DNA of 60,000 nt from assembly GCA_051294905.1 (NCBI GenBank), contig CM119371.1:35838001-35898000 (forward strand). Reading direction: 5' to 3'. The stretch comes from Botryllus schlosseri (Eukaryota). The position numbers and the translations under genes were made by a program. The notes under the pieces are model-generated. The model ran no database searches, was not told the DNA's origin, and saw only the letters and a program-made list of their open reading frames with translations. Positions within the stretch are counted from its first letter, which is position 1. Every line of letters starts with the position of its first letter. Below are positions 38,303-50,725 of the stretch, in pieces.

Positions 38303-39438
38303 TTCTAGGGTTAGGCGGCGTCTATGATTGATGACTCGCAAGGTTGTATAATCACAAAACTAATTGCCAAGTGTGGATAATCGGATATTTCAGGCGGTAA
38401 TCCGGCTAAAAAGAATAAATCACGAGGTGGTCCACGAAATCTCTAAATTTGGAAAATGGTTGGAATTCCAATTCGTATTCTTTTCATAAGAGAAATCACG
38501 AGGCAGTTTCGCTTCAAAACTGCTAAGAATGCAGGCCTCACTAAATAGAATGGCCGTCTGAGATGAAATATTGTACCGTGCAAACTCAATTTAATTGTCA
38601 AATTGCCAATAGCCTACTGGCCATGTTGCTGTTGAGATATGTTTTTACAGGGTTTCGGAAAGACTTGTTTGCAAATATCCATTTCTCCTATGACACACAT
38701 AACCGCTAACCCAGAATAACTTAGAGATGAGCGGCTAGATAGAAAGGCCGTCCATTATATGTTCATTAAAAATCCGTTTCTCAATTTTCTGGACATATAT
38801 TTTGCGATCATACCCAAGGTGCTCTCTTACCGAAAAGAGTGTCAATTCTTAACCGAAAGGCGGAAAAGGATGGCAAACAATAACATAATTTAACTCAGAA
38901 TATCGCAGTCATAAATCCTACTTGGTGCTTACGTGAGTAACTTCTGCGTTCCTACGTGCATTAATAATTTGGATTAAGATATTTTACTCGATTTATAACC
39001 GATACAAGTCTGAGGTAGTTTCATTATCCATGGGTGTGTATTCACTATTCACACCCGCGTATCAGCGGTGGTACACGGGTCGAAACTACACACTCTTTTC
39101 ACTAAGAGTGTGTCGCCGGAGGCGTTAATCGTTTTTATTACATTCGACATCCCCCTATTTTTGTGGAAATGGATTTTCGTCACTCGTTCATATCATTCAC
39201 GCTAATTATCAACCCACAATCGCGTATTTCAAGAAATGCAGCGAGAGAATTCGCTTTGACATAACATGAGCCGTTCCGATTTCTACATAAATAGTCTGAT
39301 GTTATTTTCAAGAAAATTGATTTTTTGCTGTTTACCACTAACTTGCAGTTGCTATTTGCACAAGACAGGTGGCAGCTGCACGATAGTTGAGCTATATTCG
39401 AACTAAAACTTGGTGGGCTACTGTAGCCTAGTTACCAG

Positions 39439-40960
39439 CAGACATGGGGTGATTACTTCATGCATGTAATCGATTGCGATTACGATGACTTCTGAATGAC
39501 GCGATTACGATTACGATTACAGCAAAATCAGGGAGTAGTCGATTACGATTACGATTACATTGGAAAAGTAATCACGATTACTCACCATTACATTTATTTT
39601 GCATCTTAGAAGCTATGTTGGAAGATAATATATGGATTGCGCTGAAAAGGCCTAATGTGATAACAAACCCCCTTTAAAAAAGATGCGTCATTTGTTTGTT
39701 ACGTCATAATGTACCCATTGCCCATTTTCATAGAGGTCGATTTATCGCGCCCAACTATTTGCATTCTTCCCAGGGCCATAACTGCCGCACCCCAAATTTC
39801 ACAATAGGGTGGAGAGCGACCTCGAAGGGGACTCAAGAAGTATTTCGTAAACCAACATAAGTTATGAGTATTTTCGAGAGATCTAATTAACTTGAAAATC
39901 CTCTCTAGATCAATGATTCCCAACCGCGGGTCCGAGAGCTGCATGCGGCTCTCAGCTAGCCTACTTGCGGCCCCCATTGACGTTGGAAAATCCAACAAAA
40001 ATTATAAAAAAAATCAATCTACGACTAACAAAAAAATTGATATTCAAAAAGTTCACGTGCTTATTGCATTGGAATCTGGGTGAAGACTAATTTCTTTGGT
40101 GTCGAGTAGCGATTCTCTACTCAGCAACGATTTCGTTACTCAACTCACGTCAGAAAGTATGCTCACACTCAAATGCGTTTGGACTGGCACTCAAATTTAA
40201 GTCTGCCCAAAACCAGGTGGTGTTACAACACGTTTTACAACGCTATCTGACCAGCAAAACAGTGAATTATTTGACTTGATTGTTAAGTTTAACGGCCGCA
40301 ATGACGGAATGAATGCTTTTTTACCCATGATGAAAATGTTCCTACTGTAGTTAATGTGGCCGCAGACCCGATAGTAATTTACAACTTGAGTTGCTAGACA
40401 TGCAGTCAGACATAAAAACATGACAATTTGTTTGTGCGTCTCACGAAAGTTTTTCTTTTAGTCTGCTACGTTTGAGCCACTACAATATCTTTGGATTATA
40501 TAACAAACCTGAGGTCACGAATTAAGAACATACACTTAAGTAATTATAACAAGAAACCAGAGGTCATAATCATAAACAGATGAAACTGTCGTGGCATCAA
40601 TTTAAGCTTCTACGCTTCGTTCCGAAAACTGTTTTTCGACAAATTTGACACATCGGTTTTCCATTAATATCTGAGAAAGCAACCCCAGTTTTCGCTGTAT
40701 AATTTCCCGTTCCTTGTTCTTGTTTATGTTCAAACCATTCGCGATGAGTGAAACACTCTTTAAAAATGTACTACACTACAGCGGGAATCTTTTGCAACAA
40801 GAGTCCTGATGAATACCGATTTAAAACAACAACACATCAACTCGAGCATATATCAAGAAACTGGCCAAGTGGCCGTGCTATAAGTCGGCAGTTACAGAAA
40901 ATAAGAAGAATATCAAACTGGTGTAAATGACCATAGTAGTCAACAAACACCACGAATACC
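39439..40960. mobile_element. Second copy of the CAGACATGGGG composite left arm, lacking the large nested insertions
   Basis: Collinear with 9506-10297 + 22931-23083 + 25528-25770; right TIR not found. Confidence 0.8.
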
Positions 40961-41259
40961 CAAAAAACAAACATACAATGAAACTGGAACACAACAAAGA
41001 ATGAGTAGTCAATTACAATTACAAATACAATTATTATGTAACAATACAGCAGTTCCAGTAGTAATTGCATTCATATTGAAAGACGTCGGGGGCCGCAAAA
41101 TAACCGTCTGCGGGCCGCGGGTTGAGAACCCCCGCAATAGAGGATCAGTGAAACGTACAAGCAGTGAATGACTCGTTACTCTCGCATGTGACACAGCAGG
41201 TGTATCGCACACAATACCCAACACACATGATTCACAAAATTCAGTGATTCAATCGATAC

Positions 41260-41424
41260 CGTTTACTTGATGACTCGGAATTGACTCGTAAATATTGCTC
41301 CGAGTCACGAGTCAATTCGCATTTTTGAAGCGCCGAGTCAAGTCGAGTCAAGTCATTTTTGCAAAGTGACTCGAGTCAAGTCAAGTCACATGAAAAAGTC
41401 ATGACTGGAGTGATCCCAACTCTG
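41260..41424. mobile_element. Right end of GAGTCAAGTC-family hAT MITE abutting the kelch stop codon
   Basis: Matches 30280-30464 and 48140-48330; ends ATCCCAACTCTG. Confidence 0.75.
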
Positions 41425-41428
41425 CAAT

Positions 41429-43057
41429 CTATATCTTCACAATAGCAGATTTATAAATTTTAAAACATTGATCTACTTTTGGTTGCACTTTAATCCATTT
41501 GTCATTTGATATATCATACTTTTCAAAATCATTAGAGGGTTCGAAATCTGAAACTGTAAAAATCCAGTTGTCAACGTGATAAGCAGAAACAAAATCATGA
41601 CAAGCATTCATAAATGACAACGAAGTCCACTGAGCGGAATTAACATCATAACATTCTGCAGTGTTAACTATCTTTCCATTCCTCCTCCCACCGATCACAA
41701 ATATCTTTTGGTCAACTGCAACAACACCACTTCCACACACAGGAAATCTCATTGGTTCGAGGTCAACCCACTCGGATGAGGATGGAGTAAATCTGCAGAA
41801 TGAGGAAACGGCAAAACGATTGTCTCCTACACCTCCGATACAATAGATGGAATCGTTCAATGATACGAGACTTGCATACTTGATTGCAGTAGGTTTGTCT
41901 TTCAGTTGAAGCCAATGATTTGCAGAGGAGTGAAATGTTTCCACAGTAGTCGATGTCCCCGGATAACTTCCTCCGATAACGAATATCGACCCCGACAAAG
42001 AAACTGAGCGGGGAGTTTGTCCGTGGTCACTAATCATATCTTCCATCTTTTCCCATTTTGAATTTTTCATTTGAAAGTATAGCCGGTGAACTGATTTATC
42101 CTCACATAAAACATAAATGTATGAGTCGATCGAAATCGTACTGAAACGTTTCAAATGCTTGAACTTTTCGTCATGGAACTTATCTAGTTCTTCAGTGATT
42201 GGATTGAAGGATCGAATACAATCCGTGTAATCATCAAAAAGAAGTAATAATTCATCATCGTCCTTTTCTTCTTTCGTGGTGTCCGGTCTTTTCGCAGCTT
42301 TTAGAAGATGCTGATTAATAAATTTATACAACGCCAAGTCGTTGCTGACAATTGGGTGCGTTTCCAACAGATGTTGCAAAAATGCCGAAGAGATTTTGTC
42401 GAATTTGATTACGTCAAGACATTCATGCAAATTCAATTTATTCCCCCAATTATGTTCAATCCACTTCAGAGATACGATTAGTTTTTCTTTCTCGCATAAT
42501 GTAGATTTGCTGGACTTCAAAAGAGTGAGAACTAGGTTTTTCCCAACATTTCCAAATTCAGGTTGGTTTGAGACTTCCATGATATTTTCATGAAAGAATA
42601 CTTCGCATTTCGCGGCAACAGTATTCAGCCCATACATATCCGCAACATTCCTCGTAGAGAAATAATTCGCTACAGTAATTGATTCTGCCAAAATATCAGC
42701 AACTGCATGTTTCACATCTTCCAACTGCATGAGAATTGCGACGTGAAGAAGATCGCTCGTCTTTTCATCCGAAATCTCAAAATTACCCGAATATATGAAA
42801 TCAATACAGTTTTTCACACATTCCCAATCCACATCTTTGAACACGACTCTTCCTTCGCGACTCTCTTTTGTGTCGTGCTTGAGCATGGCTCTGAAATAAC
42901 CCGAACCAGCCGACAATACGTTTTTGTGGGTGTGATAGAGATCATCTCCAACTTGAACTATGAAATCACAATGATCATTTTCCAGTTTCATTTGATATAA
43001 TTCTTGCATCATCTTCACTGCGTGTTTCTCCACATTAGGACGTATAACGTGCACCAT
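41429..43057 (-). CDS. Intronless BTB-BACK-Kelch (kelch-like) protein, 542 aa
   Basis: BTB motif DFIVQVGDDLYHTHKNVLSAGSGYFRAML; BACK-like middle; Kelch repeats IFVIGG, IYCIGG, IFVIGG...ECYD...W. Confidence 0.95.
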   Translation of the reverse strand: MVHVIRPNVEKHAVKMMQELYQMKLENDHCDFIVQVGDDLYHTHKNVLSAGSGYFRAMLKHDTKESREGRVVFKDVDWECVKNCIDFIYSGNFEISDEKTSDLLHVAILMQLEDVKHAVADILAESITVANYFSTRNVADMYGLNTVAAKCEVFFHENIMEVSNQPEFGNVGKNLVLTLLKSSKSTLCEKEKLIVSLKWIEHNWGNKLNLHECLDVIKFDKISSAFLQHLLETHPIVSNDLALYKFINQHLLKAAKRPDTTKEEKDDDELLLLFDDYTDCIRSFNPITEELDKFHDEKFKHLKRFSTISIDSYIYVLCEDKSVHRLYFQMKNSKWEKMEDMISDHGQTPRSVSLSGSIFVIGGSYPGTSTTVETFHSSANHWLQLKDKPTAIKYASLVSLNDSIYCIGGVGDNRFAVSSFCRFTPSSSEWVDLEPMRFPVCGSGVVAVDQKIFVIGGRRNGKIVNTAECYDVNSAQWTSLSFMNACHDFVSAYHVDNWIFTVSDFEPSNDFEKYDISNDKWIKVQPKVDQCFKIYKSAIVKI

Positions 43058-43174
43058 GATTAACGGTTATAATTTATATACTTGATATAAGGCTGTCATA
43101 AAAAGTATTCACACGTATTCGAAAATCTCATCCAAACATATAAGCTGAATTTCAAGAACCACGATAATCGTGAC

Positions 43175-43367
43175 CAATGTTCCCTCTAATTTTTGACGAG
43201 TCTGCGCACACTCACGAACTCACTGCGCAGACCCTTGGACAACAGTGCGTAACGACTAAAAAAAGGTCATCACTTCGGATTTTTTGTGCGCAACTTAGAT
43301 TTTCTGTGCGCAGAGACCATCTCAGCACTGCGCATTTGCGCACGTGCGCAGCTATGAGGGAACATTG
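43175..43367. mobile_element. hAT MITE (CAATGTTCCCTC family, 193 bp)
   Basis: TIRs CAATGTTCCCTC...GAGGGAACATTG; exact TSD ATCGTGAC. Confidence 0.9.
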
Positions 43368-44726
43368 ATCGTGACGATGCACTGACTTACAATATCACAT
43401 GCCTATGATTCATAATAACCATCATTCGATCAAAAGTCCCATCACTCGGTTTTCGGACTATCGTGGAATATTTGTATGGTACTATTACCAGTAACCTGCA
43501 ATAATGAATACAAAAAATTTTTGAAGGACAAAGTCACCAAGAACAGAGGTCTAGAAACTAACGTATCAACAATCAAAACCATGGAGATACTCATGACCTT
43601 GCAGAAAGTTGTGTATTTTCCTCGAAATACCTTACACTGATACATCAATATCATCGTCGTTGTCACTCTCGATTGAAATATGATACTAACGTCACATTAT
43701 CTGGGGACAGTATACCCATGAACGATGCAATGAACACTGATCACTGCTCAGCTCATCTATCTAGTTCTGCAGTACAGAGGACATGAATCATGCACTAAAT
43801 AAATAAATCACCGACTGCTATATTTGAGATCAAACAAAGATGTAACTTTTATCAATTATGAGCATGCACCCACTGTTTACATCTAGCAAACATTCAATTC
43901 GAAGAGATTAGATTGATTTTTATCATACTAAAATGCTAAAAATCATACGTTTTTATCTGATTCCAAGACCGAGTTACACTATTCATTTCCTAATGGTTTC
44001 TAGTACGTATCGATAACACATCCTGATAAAAAATCATAATTCCAAAACACATCATTAAAGTTCACATGTATGACCTAAATTGTGCCATCGAAGCAACAAA
44101 AATCCTATCTTAAAAAATAGTGAATAAATTTTAGGTCGTCGCAATGTCTGTCAAACATCAGAATATCAGTGAATAATATATTCATATTTGAAATAAACAT
44201 AAAGATTTTGGAGTTGACACTATACGAGGGCAATCGTACGTGTCTGAAAATTAAAAAATAATATGTTTTAACAGTACACATTGATTTCAAAAGCGTTCGA
44301 CAACAAAATATTACTATCGGGTATACGACCGATCAAGTTTCAATGGTTGCTAGGCGGGACTATCGAAACTATCATTTTTAAGATATATTTTATTTTTAAT
44401 ATTTGCTTTATTTCAATAAATTCTGAACGCGAAAGTATCGTCTCTCACCACGCCAGTCGTTTTATTACAATTAGGAATCGATTCAGATTCGAGTAAACTC
44501 GAATCGTGTTGCCCAGCCCGTAGCAATATGCTGTCTCGGTACCCCATATTATACCGAATTGATTTGATAACGAGTTCAGCCAGTATTTCCAAAGAGTGAC
44601 GCGGAGCAGAGGTTTATCTTTGTCAATTATAATCCGTTTAGGAGAGTAATTAGCCTTTATTACAGTTGATACACCTTCAATTCCCACTCTTGGGATGATT
44701 CTGGGCTTCGTAATTGTGGTTTACCT

Positions 44727-45140
44727 AGGGTTACCATATTTTGAGATCCACAAGGAAAGTTGTCAAAAATTCTGAAATCTCTAGTACCGAAAAGGAAAAC
44801 TGATGAATTTGAGAATTTTTCGACTAATAGTGAAAACAAAGGTCATCATTTTGACTCGACCGCCGAATTACCCGCCTTTACCCAATTTCAGAAGTGCTCA
44901 CTAAAAAAGTCATCTGTACCTTCTCTACTCTCGAAATACCCTCCGCGTCGTATTTTTCGTTATCTTGCCAACTCTGGCGTTCGCTGCGCCGAAGTCCAGT
45001 ATTTGATCGCTTTGTAACACTTTTTTCTATAATAAGAGGGCAAATTCCCGAAATGAGGACATTTAGGCGTCGTCCGCGAGCACATTCAATTTGTTTAAAA
45101 AAAAGAACAAATCCTCTTAAAAGAGGACATATGGTAAAGG
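44727..45140. mobile_element. TAGGGTTACCATA-type hAT MITE (decayed)
   Basis: tagggttaccata ... aggacatatggtaaa; related ends at about 13327, 31530-31609 and 51900-51950. Confidence 0.55.
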
Positions 45141-45263
45141 CATTGAATGTTTGTCATATTGTTTTGTAACTATTCGCTCGTACTACTGCAGGTAATACCA
45201 AAATCTGCTGGTGCATGACCAACTCTGTCGCGCTGAGATCCGTATATGTAATACAAATTCTAG

Positions 45264-45377
45264 TTTCTAGTCCTTGCCTTAAACACTCCGCCACCACAAC
45301 ACCGAGCTACCGGTGAGATTCGAACTCACGACTCCTGGGTTACGAGATCAGCGCTCTAACCACTGAGCTACGGCGGC
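45264..45377 (-). pseudogene. Decayed copy of the tRNA-Thr(CGT)/tRNA-Ser(AGA) pair
   Basis: Thr 45305-45377 with anticodon-stem and acceptor-stem mismatches; 4-nt spacer; Ser 5' half GTTGTGGTGGCGGAGTGTTTAAGGCAAGGACTAGAAA then truncated; shared flank aatctgaaccta(c/t)atgctac. Confidence 0.85.
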
Positions 45378-46374
45378 GGACGTCGAACAGAAGTGCGGAG
45401 GTGTTTGCGCTTTTATAAAGTACCAGTCGATGAGATCCCCTATAACTATATTCATTTGAAGATCATCTTTAGTAAATCTGAACCTATATGCTACATTCCC
45501 CCTACAATAATGATTTTAATATGCCTAATGGTCATTGTAATATTGTACCATTAACCACGCGGCATCTGCAATAACCATATTGTTCATTGTTTGCAAGGCG
45601 CAGCGGTGATAACATTAGCGTACACTTTTAGCGACAAGATGTGTATTACCACCTGTATTCTATCCTGAGCGGCTCTGGCGAACAAGGTCTCCTGGTGAAA
45701 TCTGACATTGTATCAAAATAAAATATATTCAAGAATATATTATAAATATGCCAGGAGATTCGATCTATGGCAACATATTCATGATTGATCTGTTTTCAAT
45801 GACACCAGGCGTGTTAAGATTAATATCACCGGTAATATATTTTCTAGACATATGCGCGCAGATAGGAAGACACCAGGTGCGAAACACCAAAGAAGGTGTA
45901 CGATATGCAGTGGGAATTTATTGGCATATTTCGGTTGGCAAAAAATTCGGTTATTGAATTTTGGGTCGGGTTCCCAGGGTATTAGACGTTAAGAAGCAAT
46001 GTTTTAGGCTGAAATGGATGCTCTCTTGAAAGACTACTTCAGGTCGTTTCGACTGCATCCAATATCTTCATTTTATGGTAATCTTTTTTGTTTTGAAATG
46101 TGATGTATATAGTTTAGAATAAACTGAGCTGGCTGACCCCAAATTCGGGATTCACATTTCACCTTAATATACCCTCATATTCCCTCATTCTACCAAAATG
46201 AAAGGTCAACACCAGCTGTGCAGACCACATATAAGTCGTTAGCAATCATATCATTTGGAAACCACGAATAAGAGCCAGATGTTGAAATAATAGGAGTATC
46301 CGGTATACCTCTGCGTTGTCGATAATAACTTCACCAATATTCTGCAGTATGGTGATGACACTCTGAATTTCAGT

Positions 46375-47342
46375 CAGTGATTCCCAACCGCGGTTCCGAG
46401 AGCCGCATGCGGCTCCCAGCTAGCCTTCTTGTGGCTTCCACTGAAGATTGAAAATGCCACAACAATATTACAAAATCAATTTGCAACAAAAAGATAAAAT
46501 TCATATTAAGAAATTACCCCTGCTTGGCTTGGAGTCTGGGGTTTATAAATAAGGATGGAGACCAATTCCTGTGCTGCCGTGTAGCGATTCTTTAATCAAA
46601 AACTCGCGCCAAAAGCATACTCTCACTCATATGCGCTTGGATCGGAATTCAAATTTGAGTCGGCTCACCACCAGATTTAAGTGCAAATGGTGTTACAAGA
46701 CATTTTCCAACGGTATCTGACCTTAAAACCAACGGATCATTTGATGCACACAACATGCTTATCAGCAACTTTATTGATGGGTTCAATCGCCGCATTGACG
46801 GAATGAATGTTTTCTACCCATAATGAAAAGGTTTTCAAATCTTATTGCAGTTAATGTGGTCACTGCCCTTGGTAATTATAAACTTGAGCTGCTAGACATG
46901 TAGTCGGATATCGAGCTCAAGGAATCATTTAAACTGAAGACTTACTTGAATACTTTAGCTAAGTTACTGAGGGAAAGTATCTTAACGTAATCAACCAATG
47001 CGCCCAGAAAAACGATTTTCTATTTTGATCAACTTTTATGTTATAGCAAAATGGTCAGAATCGAAAATCAATATGGCAATGGATTGAGCGATGACCAGTT
47101 CAGGCAGCTACTGCGTGGTGCATTCTCTGCAACTGCGCATCGATTTGGAACACATCTTGAAGTTCAAAGCCAATGCCAAGCTGGACATTAAATTGATGCG
47201 TGCGTAATTGATGCGTTGCTGCGTGCTTTCATGCTTTATAATTTGTGTTATACCTAATGAGTGTATTCGTGCGGCTGTACAGGTAGGCCCACTCTGAAAT
47301 TTGAAATGCGGCTCAGACACCAAAACAGGTTGGGAACCACCG
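46375..47342. mobile_element. hAT MITE (CAGTGATTCCCAACCGCGG family)
   Basis: TIRs CAGTGATTCCCAACC...GGTTGGGAACCACCG; left part collinear with copies at 9982 and 39911. Confidence 0.75.
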
Positions 47343-47399
47343 CTCTAAGCCTAGGCGATATGATTGGTAGCGTACATGATACCGAGATTTAGATCCTAC

Positions 47400-48330
47400 C
47401 AGTGTTGGGATCAAGTCACTACCTTCGAGTCACGAGTCATTTCGAGTCATTGCACATTTTGACTCGAGTCAAGTCAAGTCAATCGATTTTCAAAGGTGAC
47501 TCGAGTCAAGTCAAGTCACTCGATTTTCAGAGGTGACTCGAGTCAAGTCGAGTCAAGTCAAGTCAAGTCACGAGTCAAGTCACAATTCAAGTCAAATTGC
47601 CTTTTCGAAGTATGAGGCATGATAACGTCATTGCATTTTGCTAGCTGTCTAAAATACAGATTGAGTGGTGATTGATTTTGAACCGATGAACGAATATAAA
47701 GTTAAATATACATGCAAGAAGGCGCTGTATCGCTCACATATACGTAGAACTGCTAAACCTCAGTTTATAGTTATCAGCCAAGATAGAGAATAGATACGAA
47801 TTGATAAGATGCAATAAATTACGCATTTACAAATCGATATGATCCAATTCGAGCCTGCGCCAATGGTTGAGGACTATATAAACTATATTCGAATTCAGTT
47901 TCAATAAAACAAGAAGTTTAGCTAAGGTAAAACAGAACAGAAATTACTTTAATATACTAGTTTACGACAACGTAAGCTGTAAGCTTCGATCACTTCGTTT
48001 GCGGTCAATGTATTTGTGAGAGAACAATGGAGGCTCCGTAAAAGGCACGTTTATTAATTGATTGGTCGCTCTCACGGGTTACACCAGCGTTTCGCGAACA
48101 ATCCGAACATCTGCAAGATGCTTTGATTTTGATCGACACCTATTACTTGATGACTTGAAATTGACTCGTGAATTTTGCTCCGAGTCACGAGTCAATCCCC
48201 ATTTCTGATAGGCCGAGTCAAGTCAAGTCAAGTCATTTTAGCAAAGTGACTCGAGTCAAGTCAAGTCATACGAAAAAGGTGACTCGAGTCTGACCCGAGT
48301 CAAGTCATGACTCGAGTCATCCCAACACTG
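47400..48330. mobile_element. GAGTCAAGTC-family hAT MITE, 931 bp
   Basis: TIRs CAGTGTTGGGAT...ATCCCAACACTG; exact TSD GATCCTAC. Confidence 0.92.
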
Positions 48331-49093
48331 GATCCTACCCTAAATCTTTTTGTATGGCGACAACTTATTTTTATTGAATACTAAACTACATGCGACCCGC
48401 GAAATACCTATATACTCGGGTCGTTACTTAGCTGCAGAGCAAAGTCATATTGTTACTAGACCATTAGACCAGTGTTACTTTATTCTTTGGAAGGCACCGC
48501 ATAGGCCGCAATCACCATACCATCACATTCACCATTCCTCGAATCCTTTGCAGTTAGAAAATATCATTTACCTATAGCAGACTAGTCATGAACGAAATGG
48601 ATGAAATGAATCTCTATGAAAGCTAGCTGTTATACTGCTTCCAAATATGTAAATCAAGTCAGGGTGCTGGAAACCCCTTAAAGTCAGTAGTAAAGACGAA
48701 AATTGGCATGTTTTAGAACAACAGCAGCGCACTGACAGAAGCGAGGCATTACAATTGAGTTGCTATTCATCTGGACGAAGTTACGTATATACAAGTCGTT
48801 CTCAGTTGTAATCCGGTGGAACACTACACTCTAAATTAGAATGCGTGCAGAGGAACGCAAACTTACATGCCAAATCCGTTTTTTTTTTAAACTACCACAG
48901 AACGTGCTGGAGCCGATGTGTGCCTGGCTATCCTGTGTTTAGTGGTGGTGTGTTCATGTTGACTGGTGCAGAGCTCAAAATTAATACCAGCCATCCATGA
49001 ATTTTTACTCAGCTTAGGCTCAAAAAAGATTTTATTGCAACGAAAGATCAATACAGAACATTCATTTGCAGACGAAAATGCGCGAATTTCTAG

Positions 49094-50680
49094 CTTGCAC
49101 AATTGAAAAACTTAAGCTTTTCCAAATAGAAATAAGAACTACAGCTACAAAGTTACCATAAATTAGATCCATAATTAGAGCAAAGAAACGTTTCACTAAT
49201 TGGTGTAGAATTAGAATTATAGCGACACAGTTGTTTTTGCAAATTAGAATCTAATTAGAGAAAAAAAGCATTTCACAAATTGGTGTGGAAATAGAATTAT
49301 AGCGACACAGTTGCAACCACAAATTACATTTGAATCAGAGCAAAGAATCATTTCACAAATTGGGATAGAATTAGAATCATAGCGACACAGTTGTTATCAC
49401 AAATTAGATTCTAATTAAAGCAAAAAACATTTCAAAAATTGGAGTAGAATTACAATCCTAGCGACACGGTTGTTTTAACAAATTACTTTCTAATTAGAGC
49501 AAAGAAACATTTCACAAATTGGTATGGAATTAGAATTATAGCGACCAGTTGCAGCCACAATTTACATTTGAATCAAAGCAAAGAAGCATTTCAAAAATTG
49601 GAGTAGAATTACAATCATAGCAACACAGTTGTTTTCACAAATTAGATTCTAATTAGATCAAAAAAACATTTCTCAAATTGGAGTAGAATTGAATTATAGC
49701 GACACAGTTGTTATCACAAATTAGATTCTAATTACCGGAAAAATATTTCCCAAATTGGAGTAGAATTAGAATCATAGCGACACAGTTGTTATCACAAATT
49801 AGATTCTAATTAGAGCAAAAAAAACATTTCAAAAATTGGAGTAGAATTAGAATTATGGTAACACAGTTGTTTTCACAAATTAGATTCTAATTAGATCAAA
49901 AATACAGTTCCCAAATTGGAGTAGAATTAAAATCATAGCGACACAGTTGTTATCACAAATTACATTCTAATTAGATCAAAAAAACATTTCAAAAATTGGA
50001 ATAGAATTAGAGTTATGGTAACACAGTCGCTTTCACAAATTAGATTCGAATCAGAGCAAAGTAACATTTGAAAAATTTGAGTAGAATTTCCAAAATTGGA
50101 GTAGAATTAGAATTATAGCGACACAGTTGTTATCACAAATTAGATTCGAATCAGAGCAAAGTAACATTTGAAAAATTGGAGTAGAATCAGAATAATTACT
50201 GCAGTATATTTTCTGAATTAGACTAGAATCCAATTAGAGTAGAATTAGAAATATAGCTATACGGTAGTTGTTTTCTAAATTAGATTCGATTGAGAGCAAA
50301 GAAACATTTCACAAATTAGTGTAGCGTAAGAATTTATAGCTACACAGCTTTTTCCGAATTAGAGTAGAATTAGATTTGTAGCTCGTTTTTTTTCGAAATT
50401 AGAGTGGGATCAGAATTATAGTAACAGTTTTTTTCAAATTATAGAGTAGAATTAGAACTATAGCTACACTGTTTTTTTCCAAATTAGAGTGCAATTAGAA
50501 TTATAGGTTCCGTTGTTTTCACAAATTAGATTCGAATGAGAGAGACAAAGCACTTAAAGTAGAGTTATAATTATAGCTAATTTTTTTCAAAATTAGAGTA
50601 TAATCAGAATTTTAGCGACACATTTTTTTTCACTCTAATTAGACAACTAGACTAGTACTAGAATTGTATAGTTGTCCAAG
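49094..50680. repeat. TIR-bounded tandem array with a unit of about 80 bp
   Basis: Unit aattggagtagaattagaattatagcgacacagttgttatcacaaattagattctaattagagcaaaaaacatttcaa; ttgga recurs at 49755, 49836, 49916 and 49996; ends CTTGCACAATT / AGTTGTCCAAG. Confidence 0.85.
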
Positions 50681-50725
50681 TCAGCAAACGAAATCAAAAT
50701 CATTACTGGGATTTCTGGAATCTGC

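Noticed and set aside
49160..50640. CRISPR-like regular repeat array
   Set aside because: Units are head to tail with no unique spacers, there are no cas genes, and the context is eukaryotic.
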